This document shows, piece after piece, positions 40,501-53,599 of a DNA stretch of 64,000 bases; position 1 is the first letter of the stretch, and the number at the start of each line of letters is the position of its first letter. Source of the DNA: Octopus vulgaris. Lineage: Eukaryota. The notes beneath the pieces are model-generated. The model ran no database searches. It saw only the letters and a program-made list of their open reading frames with translations, and was not told the DNA's origin. The stretch covers positions 97,526,001-97,590,000 of the forward strand of contig OX597824.1 of the NCBI GenBank assembly GCA_951406725.2. Reading direction: 5' to 3'. Both the position numbers and the translations under genes were made by a program.

Positions 40501-41099
40501 CTCCCAATCAATCTCTCTTATCCTTTCGCTTTCTCTCTCTCTCTCTCCCTCCCTTCCCATATCAATAAATACTTCATTCAAACGAGACCCTTTAATACAA
40601 TTGAATTTTATCCACTTCACGCCATGTCCTTCTTTATCTTTTATTTTTTTCCAAAATTCGTTTCCTTTCCTTCCTTTCTCTCTCTCTCTCTCTTAAACCC
40701 CAACACAATCCGCCATTTCTCTGACGACTAATGCTTTTGTCTTGTTTCATCTCTGTCCGTTTATTTAAATGTTAAAAATATAAATTTTGTAAGTCTCACT
40801 TTCGTCAAATATTTAACGAGAGAAACAAATGAGGAGTGGAATGTAGGGGACGAGAAAGCAACAACGATGCCGAGCTCACAGTAAACACCTTTTGAGGAAC
40901 CTCTCGCTCGTTCAATGCTGTTACTATTGTAATTAGCTCTGTGTGTTGAGCAGCATTTCCTGTCGTTTCTATCAAGAAGGTAACGTATATATATGCGTGT
41001 GTGTATTTATATGTATGTTTAGATGTAAATATTAACATGTATGTACGTATAAGCATGCATATACATATGAGGAATATAAGTAGATAAACATACCTACAT

Positions 41100-41220
41100 A
41101 GACACATGTATATATATATATATGTATGTATATATATATATATATATATATGTACATATATATATGTATATATAGACACATGTAAATATATATCAGCAGA
41201 CATACATATATGCACATTTA

Positions 41221-41270
<50 letters not shown>

Positions 41271-41365
41271 CATATATGTATATAAATGCATATATGTGTG
41301 CATATATGTATATATATGCACATATATATATATATCAGCAGACATACATATATGCACATTTATGT

Positions 41366-41396
<31 letters not shown>

Positions 41397-41458
41397 CATA
41401 TATGTATATAAATGCATATATGTGTGCATATATGTATATATATGCACATATATATATG

Positions 41459-41500
<42 letters not shown>

Positions 41501-41618
41501 TATATATATATATGCACATATATATATATGCACATATATATGCACATTTATATATATGCACATATATATATATATACATATGTGTGCATATATGTATATA
41601 TATGCATATATATATATG

Positions 41619-41655
<37 letters not shown>

Positions 41656-41660
41656 GTGTG
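41100..41660. repeat. TA/TGCA-rich compound microsatellite with a ~142-bp higher-order duplication
   Basis: CAGCAGACATACATATATGCACATTTATGTGT occurs at 41194 and 41336. Confidence 0.85.
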
Positions 41661-42350
41661 TATTTATATTCAGAGATACATACATTATACACGCATCTGT
41701 ATTATGTACGTATGTACTCACAGAAATATATGTACTTGCATGTGTGTATATGTATATATATATATCTGTGTGTGTGTGTGCTTACATGTATATATATATA
41801 TCTAAACACACGCACACACATCTATATATATATATATATATATACATACACACACACATAAGCGCACTAACACACACACACACACAGCATACAAACACAA
41901 ATTCTCGTATACATCATACACACACACACACACACACACACCCACAGTCACAGTCACATCCTCCTGTCTAACACGGTCTACCCATAATTGCTGAGTCTAT
42001 ATTTCTCTTCCATACAATTATTGCAAAATTATTTCCTGATTTTTATTTCTATTTTATTTCGTCCCGTTTCTTAATTTAGTTTACTCCACGCCGCCTCTCA
42101 AAAGGAATCTCGTCTCTAATCGAATATATTCATTGGTGATTAATACGACATTATTTGCTACGGTCTGCTGCAGAAACTGCCTCTTTTCACCATTCTACAT
42201 TTGATTTGCAATTTTAAGGAAATTATACAAATATATGTGTGTATGTGTGTGTTGGTATGTGTGTATGTGAGTGCATGTGTGTATATGTGTTTGTACCTGT
42301 GCGTGTATATATGCGTGTGTGTGTGTATATATGTGCATGTGCATGTGTGT

Positions 42351-42800
42351 GTGCAGGTATGGCTGTATGATTAAGAAGCTCGCTTTGCAACCTCGTGGTT
42401 TTTGGTTCCGTTCCAATGCGCGTCACCTTGAGCAAGTCTCTTTTACTATAGCCCCGAGTCGAGCAATGCCCTGTGACTGAATTCTGTAAGCGGAAACTGT
42501 AAGTGGAAGCCCATCGTATCACACAAACATACATATATGTATGTGTGTGTGTGTACGTGTGTGTGTGTACGTGTGTGTGTGTGTGTGTCATTGTGTTTGT
42601 GTTCGTTCCACACTAACTCCGCCGGATCCGGGGTATCTTTACGTCTCCCGTAACCTAGCGGTTCAGCAAAACAGTCTAATAGCCCATGTACCGGGTTTTA
42701 AAATAAACACGGGAATGGATCTATTCGACAAAAACACTCCAAAGCAGTGCCCCAGTCTGGCCGTATTTCAGTAACTGAAACAAGTTAAGTAGAAAAGAAA
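42351..42800 (+). mobile_element. SINE family A, full-length, diverged
   Basis: The head (GCAGGTATGGCTGTATG..CCTTGAGCAAG..CTATAGCCCCG), internal (TG)n and tail (GTGCCCCAG..GGCCG..ACTGAAACAAG) are all in order. Confidence 0.8.
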
Positions 42801-44024
42801 TACAACCGAATACAAGTTAATAAAGGACCAATAGCAATGTGACACGTCACACATACCTCGGCTTATTAAGAAACATATGTGAGGACTGCTTTGTTATTGC
42901 TCGGACCCCTAGAAATAGTAATTAATCTCCCTCATAATGCTGTCCTAAGAGAAAAAACTTATACACTAACGCTCGCACACAAACAAATCTATACACATAT
43001 ATTCATGCAAATATACATACACTCACATATACACAAACATATGCATATATAGGCCTATATTATATAGATGTTGGTAATGTTATTCAGCTACGGATCATCA
43101 TTGATGAATCCGGTTTATCATCAAAACCAATTTGTAATTATCGCCTTTCTCGATATATCTACAATTTTACGTTCTGACGTGCCTTCTTTTTAGAACCTGA
43201 TTTTGATAATTTGGCTGCTATTTCAAACAGTTCGTGCGATAGTTTTGAGGAACCCACAGTTTAGCAGCTGCTATTGTTCAGAGGTTACCATAGTTTCTGA
43301 TGAAGTTAGACTTCTCCCACAATTCCCTTTGCTCTTAACTTTGTCTCCTCAATCACTGCCTTTTTACTTTCCCATTTCGTATACATCCCAGCTTTGTTCT
43401 GATTCCTCATTTTTCGGTCAACTCTTGCCTGCTTTTCTTGCCATCGTCTTAACACAAAATGGAGTAATCCTATTTTCTACTTAGCTTCTTTATTTAGCTT
43501 TTAAACAGTTTCTGTTGCTGTTTTTTTCCCGAGTTACTCCCAGCTGTCACTTACTTCAACCTGCCTTTTTATATTTGTTGATGTCCTTCAAGACAAAAAT
43601 TTACCTTTTCTCTTGTTCGTGTTTTGTACTTATTTGCATTAGTTACCTTTTATTCTTTGCAAGATATATATATTTTCTATTTTTTCAGCCCTTCTTTTAT
43701 AATAGATTTGTATTTGTAAAAGCCATATACTTTGCATTCCTGGCATATATAAACCTTTCTCTGACAGCTTCCTATATATATATACAAAGCTGCTTTAAAT
43801 ATCACATGCTTTAATGCACCAAAATCTTTTTTCGTGAACTCGCTTTGCTCAAATTGAGGAACGCCTAATATACCAATGCGTCTTTTATGCCATCAAATAT
43901 AGTATAACCATAACTTATTGAAACGGCTACAGTATTACTTAACGTGTATTACATTATTTTATGAATTAAGTATTAATCTAATAAATGTTAATCTAATATG
44001 CGATATTAATCCAATAAGAAAAAT

Positions 44025-44242
44025 GGCGGCCGGCAAGTAGAATTATTAGTGCGCTGAGCAAAATGCTAAGCGTCGTTTCGTCAATTTTTACGTTCTCAGT
44101 TCAAATTCTACCGAAGTCGAATTTGCTTTTCATCCTTCATGAGTCGATAAAATAAGTACCAGTAAAGCAATAGGGTCGATCTAATTGGCTTAGCTCCTCC
44201 CCCGAAATCGCTGGCCTCATGCCAAAAATTTGAAACCAATAT
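44025..44242 (+). mobile_element. SINE family C, diverged
   Basis: TTACGTTCTCAGTTCAAATTCTACCGAAGTCGAATTTGCTTTTCATCCTTCATGAGTCGATAAAATAAGTACCAG..TTTGAAACCAAT. Confidence 0.8.
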
Positions 44243-45071
44243 TAATCTAATGTGTCTATAGGTAACTTTTTAACATTTTACTTCATTTGAATGTGAAGTT
44301 GAGCTTTGATTAATCCCCAAATTATTAAGATATTACAAGCTATACTGAGTCTAAAGGCGGTGCTCCAGCATGGCCGCAGTCAAAATGACTGAAACAAGTA
44401 AAAAAAAAAGAGAGAGTCTTATTATACTGTCTCCTCTTCTCTAATATATTCGCGGGTTTTATTCTTTGTCATTTTTGTCCTGGCGTTTATGGCATTTTCC
44501 AAACCAAAATGTATGTCACTCCTGCTTTTCACTCCGTGTACTATACGCAGCAGTATTTCTACTACTGTTTATAAAAGGGTACTTTAAGTAACAATGTATT
44601 ATATGAATAAATACTGTACAGTTTTTTTCCATTTGAAAGAGTTCGCCTTCTCCCATCAAAGCTAGTGATCTCGCACAGAGATTGCTCAGTTAGTACCCTT
44701 GAATAATTTAAGAACTTCCCAAATTTATCCCCGTTTTTGCCAGGCACCGAACGGCCCGGCCTTCTCCGGTGGCAGGAAAAGCAGTGGTTTGCACTCACAA
44801 TGCAAGGAGTGAAAGTGGAGGCTACCAAGCCATTAGTCTCTCTCTCTCTCACTCTCTCTCTCTCTCTCTCTCCAGTCTTATTTTGTAAATTCATTCAGAC
44901 TCGAAAGGATAAAGGGCAAAATTGATCTAGTTTGATTTGAACGTAAAATGCAAAGATCTGAACAAATACTGTGAATCAATTCTACACTAACGACTCTGCG
45001 AATCTGAGGTCATTTGCATACACGTACACCCACCCACATATGCATATATTTTAAATAGACGAACAGACGGA

Positions 45072-45167
<96 letters not shown>

Positions 45168-46449
45168 TAAAAACTACACTTAAAACATGTGAAATATGTA
45201 ATAAAAGATATATATTTGTTTAACTCATGCTATTACACATGGTGTGTATTCAATGTAAGAACAATGATAAACCATTAAATTCTTCAAAGATCGAACTATG
45301 CAACGAAATAATGATATTTAGAATAATTTTCGTTTCTTACATTTAACATTGATTAGAAAGCAATGGAAAAATTTAAAACAAAGCCAGAAATGTGTATTTA
45401 TTTCTCTCGAGCATTGCCATATCTCTGAAACCTCAAACAACCAATCAAGCATGGACAGGATGTGGATGACGAATTACAAGCTATTGTCTAAAACGCATCA
45501 AGAAGAACATATGAGATTTGAGCTGTTTAAAGCGACCGTTTTAATGAAAATATTCTAAATATAAATTCTGAAGCCTTGAAAATTGATAGGAAAAGGAATT
45601 TGAATAACTCATTTCGACATTTCAGTGTTCTGTTGAGGGATTACATATTTCTCTCGATAATCTTTGAATTAAAAGATGACTAGAAAACAAAATAATATGA
45701 CATAAATTTTAGGTAAATAAGATACCTGCGGCTGAAGACACAAAAGAAAATATTTTCTTATCATCTCTTAGGAATTTCGAACGCAAGAAATTCACGGAAC
45801 TAAAGAAGCAAAAGAGTGTCAAATTGATAGAAGCGAAATGGCCGAGTTTTATCATCGGAGTTTTTGCTTCTCCCTCCCTTTCACACACACATCTTCTCTT
45901 CCTCATTCACTTTCTTTTTCTTTATCATTCCTTTCGTATCCTTCTCCCCATGTTGGTCCTCCATCTTGTTTTGCCTTCTCTTTCAAATTCTATATGTATA
46001 CAAACAAGGCGGTGAGCTGGCAGAATCGTTCACATACCGGACAAAAAGACTTTGTCAAGTACATCTGCCAACATTATGAAGTAACTCCGAACTCCCAGTA
46101 ACAGCCGTCGGATTCGGAACACCAGACACCCCGCCCCCATTTTAATTATCCGTGTCTTTGTACTTTTCGTAAGTTTGCTCTCTTAATGTATGAACATTGA
46201 TGGATTAATACTTGAATATTTGCTTTCTCTCCATTTACATGAATATATACGTATCTACATTTCGAATATGCTAACCCAAGCTGTTTTTTGTTTGCTTATG
46301 TGCATCATTTCCTCAATATCTGCTCACCTGGATTCCTCTTAAAACCACTCTTTAGCCTGTCGACTTAGTCCTCCGTAAACATTTCGAGCGCTACAAAGTG
46401 TTTTCTATATTGAGTATCCCTGGATCTCATCTGTTAATTCTATCACTCC

Positions 46450-46519
<70 letters not shown>

Positions 46520-46523
<4 letters not shown>

Positions 46524-46637
46524 CCTGCTCGCTTAGCCAGCGGGGTGGCGTCATTCGAAGGCTAAAACAATGCGAACACATTGTGACCAGGGATGTGTAA
46601 CAACATCTGATGGTCTGGTCGGTCACGTGATCACGTG

Positions 46638-46640
<3 letters not shown>
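46520..46640 (+). repeat. Unclassified ~120-bp GC-richer insert ending in TCACGTGATCACGTGA, embedded in (TA)n
   Basis: Sharp boundaries with (TA)n on both sides and a tandem 8-bp palindromic tail; probably a 5'-truncated retroposon end. Confidence 0.5.
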
Positions 46641-46678
<38 letters not shown>

Positions 46679-46680
46679 TG

Positions 46681-46738
<58 letters not shown>

Positions 46739-47286
46739 CATATATGTATGTGTGTAGATCTGCGTGCGTGTAATATATCTATATGTATATATATATTAAA
46801 TCGGGGTGTCGAAAAAAAGACCTTATAGAATTTCTTAACTAAGCCATGCTTTTTTTTTTCTTTTACTAGAAAGGAGACTGTGCCTCCATTTCGAAGTCGA
46901 TAAAACAAGAATCAAATTTGGAGGGGAGAACTTTTGACAAAATAATTCACACACACACACACACACACATACACACGCGAACGCACACACACATACACAC
47001 ACACACAGAGCATAAGAAGAATTTCGTCGTTTTAAAAAAATAAGTGGAATATAAAATATACAATTTGAACGCCTAACCAGAATCGATCCGTGTGAACTTG
47101 TAGATGTAAGTAGAACTATAAATCTATATGATTACGAGCCAACATTCACAGAGAAATTGTTACCGGTGTATATAAAATTATATTTAGCTGACTCTGTAAG
47201 TTTTCTAGACCACAACAGCTATATATATATATATTTATGTACATATGTGTGTGTGTGTGTGTATTCATTATATAATTTCTTGTTTC

Positions 47287-47336
<50 letters not shown>

Positions 47337-47927
47337 ACGAGTGTGCACTCACATTAGTATTAATAACAACACATAACTATATCATATATATGTATGTGTA
47401 TATAAATGTAGATATATATGTATATATACATACATATATGTACATGGTTATGTATATATAAATGTATGTATATGTTATGTATGTGTGTATGCATGTATGC
47501 ATGTACGCATATATGTACTAATGTATGTACAGAATGCCTGTTATTTCAACTGAGACAGTATAACAGTTTACCTTTGCTTAGAACTCTATGCAAATCTACA
47601 TTTGCCCAACTTCCAATCAGATATTAAACATAATTTGTCGTCAGATCTTCGTTTTGCATTATATATATTTGAAGAGATCATAGAGTGTGTATAGAAGAGC
47701 TGACTAAAGCTAAAGAATTTGGTTACAACATTTTTTTACCCTGACATGATATATTACATAAACTTAACATGTATTTCATTTCAGAACATAGTATGCTCTG
47801 CGGTAATTGTTACGTAGACGGTCATATAATCACCTCATATCATCAGAAGAGAAACGTAATTCAATTCATTGTTGGTTACTAATGTCAGCTGCAGAAGAAG
47901 AATTTGAGACTAACCTGTTTTATTTTG

Positions 47928-47928
<1 letters not shown>

Positions 47929-48010
<82 letters not shown>

Positions 48011-48037
48011 TGTGTGTGTGTGTGTATGTGTGTGTGT

Positions 48038-48104
<67 letters not shown>
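47929..48104. repeat. Long (TG)n microsatellite (~175 bp)
   Basis: Directly visible. Confidence 0.97.
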
Positions 48105-48106
<2 letters not shown>

Positions 48107-48408
48107 GGTGTGTATGAAAGTTAATATGTACACATGCGGGTATGTATGTATTAACCCTTTCAGAATGGAAAAGTTGAGAGTGAATTCGAAGTTTCGCAGT
48201 GCTCGCTTTCACCTGACTGCCCGATAACGAAGTTCAAGCCTAAGTTTCGAAGTCACTGTCAACGTTCTCTTTGTAAAATTTAAATAAATGCAGAATCTCT
48301 TAAAAAGTATTGAGTGTTCCTTGAGGTAACTTGTTTTATAAATAGCAAACATTAATATATACACACATATACATGCAAACAATTATATAGATAGATAGAT
48401 AGATTGAT

Positions 48409-48552
48409 AAGTTTCTTTATTGGCCACACAGGGCTGCACACAGATGGGACAAGTTACAAGGTAGAGCTTTTCTTTTGGGGGATGAAAAAAAAAAAGAATA
48501 AAAAAAAAAGGTAGGCGTAGGTTTTCGATCAAAAGGGATCGTAAAAGGAAGG
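48409..48552 (-). mobile_element. 3' end of a retroelement sharing its tail with SINE family C
   Basis: Minus strand CCTTGTAACTTGTCCCATCTGTGTGCAGCCCTGTGTGGCCAATAAAGAAA versus the family C tail CCTTGTTTGTCCCCTCTATGTTTAGCCCCTTGTGGGTAGTAAAGAAA. Confidence 0.6.
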
Positions 48553-48555
48553 AAA

Positions 48556-48790
48556 GAAGTCAAGGTAGAAAATGCTAAAATAATTTTAAAAAAACATTTC
48601 AGTCATTGAGACTTTTTAAACTGATAGTATTGAAAACAATTAAATTTGGGAAAAATTAAATGAAATGTTTTTTATAAGAATATTTGCATAGTATTCAAAT
48701 ATAAGGGGCATTTTCCTTGTTTCTGCCTGTCTCTGTTTCTCTTGTTTACTCTTGTGGGTTCAAGGTCGTTGTGAATTCTTGGAGGAGGAG
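48556..48790 (-). mobile_element. Small HHR-bearing repeat, copy 2, with the ribozyme partly deleted
   Basis: Homologous to 39360-39495 but lacks the 12 nt ACCGGTTTCAGT between two TTTCAGT direct repeats. The right boundary is approximate. Confidence 0.7.
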
Positions 48791-48935
48791 AAGAAGAAGG
48801 AGGAGGAGAAGAAGAATGTGGGAGTGCTATGATAATAGTAGGATCTTAAATACATATATGTGTGTATGTATGTACACACACAATTATATATATGTATAGG
48901 TGCGTGTCTGTGTGTGTGTGTGTAGTGTTTTAATT

Positions 48936-49318
48936 GGCGTAGGTGTGGCTGTGTGGTAAGAAGTTTGCTTCCTAACCCCATGGTTCCAGTTTCAGTCCCA
49001 CTACGTGGTATCTTGGACAGTTGTCTTCTACTACAGGTCTCGGCCAACTTGTGACTGGATGTGGTAGACGGAAACTGATAGAAGCCTAACGTATACATTT
49101 GTATATGGGCGGGAGATGTCTTTGTGTACCCTTCCACCGTTTGACAACCGATGTTGAGATATTCACGTCCCCCGTAATATTAGCGACTCGGCATTACAAG
49201 ACCGATAGAATTAGTACCAGACTTTCAAAAAGCAAACTAGTATTGGGATCAATTCATTCGACTAAATTTTTTTCAACGCGGTGCCCTAGCATGGCCGCAT
49301 TCTGATGACTGAGACAAG

Positions 49319-49319
<1 letters not shown>
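48936..49319 (+). mobile_element. Full-length SINE family A
   Basis: GGCGTAGGTGTGGCTGTGTGGTAAGAAGTTTGCTTCC..TTCAGTCCCAC..GGAAACTGA..GACCGATAGAAT..GCGGTGCCCTAGCATGGCCGCA. Confidence 0.88.
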
Positions 49320-49350
<31 letters not shown>

Positions 49351-49355
<5 letters not shown>

Positions 49356-49847
49356 ATCACTCGCCATATCGCGGTTTACCTATCGCGCCCTCACCACATC
49401 GCGAATTTTTCTGGCTAATATATGTAAATTTATATCGCGGATTCCTCAGCATATCGCAGGTTTCTGCGGCTGATAGGTATTTAGACTTTTTTAGATTTTA
49501 ATTATTTCTGTGGTAGAATAATCATTTTCGCACCTAAAAATTAATAAATTAATAAATAAAAATAGAGTACAGTACTGCACTGTATAACGCATTAATTAAA
49601 ATATATTAAAAGAAAATACCGAGTATACCGTAGACGAGTAAACAAAGAATCGCACGTACCGTATGGGAAACGAAACTCAGGGGACGAGTGTGTGGTGCGT
49701 TGTTTTTTGCATTTATAATAAAATAAATATATACAAATTATAAAAATGATTTTAAAAATACAGTACCGTTCCGTTTCTACATCGTGGATTTTTACCCATT
49801 GCGGGAGGTTTTGGGACGTAACACCCGCGATAGTCGAGGGTTTACTA
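49351..49847. mobile_element. Tigger/pogo-like MITE
   Basis: Imperfect TIRs TAGTAATCACTCGCCATATCGCGG and CCGCGATAGTCGAGGGTTTACTA, TA on both flanks, subterminal ATCGCG repeats and no ORF. Confidence 0.7.
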
Positions 49848-49929
49848 TAAATATATTACGGGTGCATACCCGTGTATGATTATGCATATGCTCTATGCAG
49901 ATATAACCGATATACTATGAACATTAAAA

Positions 49930-50256
49930 GGAGCACTCCGTCGGTTACGGCGATGAGGATCCCAGTTGATCCGAATCAACGGAACAGTCTGCTCGTGAAA
50001 TTAACGTGCAAGTGGCTGAGTACTCCACAGACATGTGTACCCTTAATGTAGTTCTCGGGGAGATTCAGCGTGAGACAGAGTATGACAAGGCTGGCCCCTT
50101 TGAAATACAGGTACTACTCATTTTTTGCCAGCTGAGTGGACTCGAGCAACGTGAAAATAAAGTGTCTTCCTCAAGGACACAGCACCCCACCGGGAATTGA
50201 ACTCCCCACCTTACGATCATGAGCCGAATGTCCTAACCATTAAGCCACGCGCTTTC
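49930..50256 (-). mobile_element. Full-length SINE family B (tail type 2) with degenerate TSD
   Basis: Minus strand GAAAGCGCGTGGCTTAATGGTTAGG..GAGTTCAATTCC..GTGTCCTTGAGGAAGACACTTTATTTTCACG. The TSD is CTATGAACATTAA (49915-27) / CTATGACCACTAA (50258-70). Confidence 0.88.
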
Positions 50257-50345
50257 GCTATGACCACTAAGACTTTCTATCTGCTTTGGAAAATAAAGCT
50301 CCAGTATTTTGAGTGTTACCATGAAATATTTCTTCGTTTAGTTAT

Positions 50346-50767
50346 ACTCTCTTTACTCTTTTCTCTTTTACTCTTTTACTTGTTTCAGTCATTTGACTGC
50401 GGCCATGCTGGAGCACCGCCTTTAGTCGAGCAAATCAACCCCGGGACTTATTTCTTGGAAGCCCACTACTTATTCTATCGGTCTCTTTTGCCGAACCGCT
50501 AAGTGACGGGGACGTAAACACACCAGCATCGGTTGTCAAGCAATGCTAGGGGGACAAACACAGACACACAAACACACACACGCATACATATCTATATATA
50601 CATATATACGACAGGCTTCTTTCAGTTTCTGTCTACCAAATCCACTCACAAGGCATTGGTCGGCCCGGGGCTATAGCAGAAGACACTTGCCCAAGATGCC
50701 ACGCAGTGGGACTGAACCCGGAACCATGTGGTTGGTTAGCAAGCTACTTACCACACAGCCACTCCTA
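50346..50767 (-). mobile_element. Full-length SINE family A (well preserved)
   Basis: Minus strand AGGAGTGGCTGTGTGGTAAGTAGCTTGC..GGTTCAGTCCCACTGCG..CTTGGGCAAGTGTCTTC..GGCGGTGCTCCAGCATGGCCGCAGTCAAATGACTGAAACAAGTAAAAGAG. Confidence 0.92.
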
Positions 50768-51059
50768 TGCACGTGTCTGTGTGTCTGTGTGTTTCTGTTT
50801 CTGAGTTGCTTCGTGTTATTTTTGTTGTTTTTTTTCATTTTGTTTTTTTAAGTAAAAAAAATTAGTTTTCCTTAAAAAAAAAGTGTAATGCAGTGTTATT
50901 TATTTATTATAGATTGATAAAATAAATACCTGAAATATATTCTGGAGTTTTTATAAATGAGCGACTGAAACGTTTCAAAGCGGTGCCTCCCCCTGGTCAC
51001 AGTTGAATAGTTGAACCCGATAAAAGAATTGATAAACAACACCCGAAAACTGAATATAT

Positions 51060-51422
51060 GCAGGGGTGGCTGTGTGGTAAGACGTTTGCATGGCAACCTC
51101 ATGGTTCTGAGTTCAGTCCCACTGCATGGTACCTTGGGTAAGTATTTTCTAATATAGCCGTGGGCCGACCAAAGCCTTGTGAACGAAGTTGGTAGACAGA
51201 AAGAAGCCAGTCATGTATATGTGTATGTGTCACCATCACTTCACAATGGTGAGTTTCCGTCCCCGTAACCTAGCGGTTCGCCAAATAAGACCGACAGAAT
51301 AAATACCAGGCTTTGCACAAAAGTACTCAGATCGATTCGTTCGACTAAAATTCTGCCGTGTGGTGCCCCAGCAGGGCCGCAGTCTAATGAGTGAATCAAA
51401 TGAAGTATAAAAGACAAAAGAT
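51060..51422 (+). mobile_element. Full-length SINE family A
   Basis: GCAGGGGTGGCTGTGTGGTAAGA..GTTCAGTCCCACTGC..CCAAAGCCTTGTG..GTGCCCCAGCAGGGCCGCAGTCTAATGA. Confidence 0.88.
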
Positions 51423-52830
51423 GCTTGTCCGTACGAACGTAGTACCGGTCAAAAATGAGGGGGTTTCAATGAATTATGTAAACGTAAATTCTAGTATTAA
51501 AATACTGAATGTAATAAAATTTCTGATCATAGAAGAGATGATAAATCTCTAACATAGATTATGTTCCTCCCTTTCTCTCTATCGATCATTTTCTCCTCAG
51601 CTGCCCCTTTCGTTCTCTTTTTAGGGGAGAAGTGCTTCATCTCCACGCCCTCTTTTAATCTCTTTTTGTAGTTGCCCCCTGCAGTCTTTTATTCTCTGTT
51701 TTCGATATTTCGCTCTCCCCACTTCCACAAGCCTTTCTGTTTGTGTTCTGATGCTGTCGTAACAGCTGTTGCTATGACACTAAGGATACAGACAGAAGAA
51801 AGGCGAATCACAAGGTTGCCAATTTTTACATTTGGAAATTTTTAATTGCGTTTAGCTTTTCTCTGGATTTCTCTTTCTTGTCCTCCTTGCCTGGGCCTCG
51901 TTGCTTGCGTTAATTCTAATCCCCTTTCATCCCAACCTTCCATCTGCATTCAGAATTGTCTCTATGTATTCCCAACATCTGCTTCAATGATTGGTTAAGT
52001 TTCAAACATGCTAGCATTGATCTTCAAACTTTTTTGCTTTCTTACATATTATTAAAATTTTTATTTTCATAACGGAAACATGTTCGAAAGTATGTCTCTC
52101 TTACGCATGCGTATATGCGTAGAATAAAACTTAAATCTGATCATAGTGTTTTTTTCAAGTTGTGTCTAAATAAATACTATTTTAACATACACACTCATAA
52201 ACACACACACACACACACACACACATGGACGCACGCACACATGCGCGCGCACGTATTTAAAACATGATATTAGGAAGAGTCCGGAATGTGGAAATTTCAT
52301 AACAGATCATTTGTAGAGAGTTACTCTCCTGGATGAGATTCCCAGAGAGTCAAGTGCCGCCGAGGCATCGTTTGGTGAGGAGTCCAATGGTGTCACAAAT
52401 GAAAAATCTGGAAATTGATAGAAAAGAATCGACAGAGAATACTTTGCGTCTGTTTTCAGAAGGCGATTGATGCAGTTGTCTGCATGTTGTCTGAAGAGCT
52501 TCTATCACCAGAAAAATAATGGTTAGAGTGGCAGTGGAGAACTAACCTCTAAATAAAGGAGCAAATATATTAAGGGTTTATAAATCTAAAGAGGACAACT
52601 ATATAGCTGAACGTACTGAGTGCTCATATAGATTGAGGTGAAATGTATTGGGGTACGTTTTGGGAGAAGGGAAAAAGGGAGAGGTGTAATGGTGAAGTGG
52701 GGGAAGATTAGAGATTTTGATGAGCCTTACTATGAGGAAGTAGTGAGGGTTGATGGATAGTCTAAAGGAGTTGGGGAAGAAAGATAACAAGGGACTACAC
52801 ATCTCTGATAAAGGTTTGCTGAGTGGTTTC

Positions 52831-53049
52831 CAGTGGTTCCCAACCATTTCTTACCTATGGGCCTCTTTGATTGTTTTTCTTTACGGAGAGACCTTCATAG
52901 CCATTCAATGTTTTAAAAATCCTTAGGAACTGTATAAAAAGAATTGTTAAAATTTTTGATGCATTACTGAAGTAAATGCAATTTATTGTGCGTAAATTTG
53001 AACACAGTAACCTTATGTGGACCCTCAAAGGTCATATGGAGAACCCCTG
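52831..53049. mobile_element. Possible hAT (Charlie-like) MITE
   Basis: The termini CAGTGGTTCCCAA.. and ..TGGAGAACCCCTG are imperfect TIRs; no convincing 8-bp TSD was found. Confidence 0.4.
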
Positions 53050-53599
53050 GTCAAGACGAATGGTCAATATGCGATGGGTAAACAAGGATGCTGCTAAGCG
53101 TAGAAGAAACGATATAGAGAACAATAGGAAGAGTACCGAGATAGAGAAAGTTTAGGAATTGTATTTTCCCCAATAATTTTCTTCCTAACATTGTGTTCAT
53201 AGCTATGTAGTGTAAAGACATCTGGAATTTGTCAAATAAATGATGAAGATTGTAGGCTTAAACGGATACTAATAAAACACCATAAAGCAAGGACACTCAG
53301 GTAGAACTGGGAGATTTGCTTTAATTCATTGTAGAATATGCTATAATAAATGTAAGTATATAGTAAATGGAAACACTTAATATTGATATAGTTAATGAAA
53401 ATATCGGAAAAGGTAAGTTAGAATATAATTATTATGTATGATCGAATATAAGAATTTAGAAGAAGTTGTGTGGTAAGTTAGTGAATTAAGGAACCTTCAA
53501 AATAAGGTGGATGTGAGATGCGTAGACCTAGGCGTAGCGTGACATCATATATAAAGTAAAAGCGGTAAGTTTTGAAGAATCGATGATCGCTGATGATAA

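Noticed and set aside
43400-43830. Minus-strand CQECKVYG resembling half a zinc knuckle
   Set aside because: The His and final Cys are absent and the frame is short.
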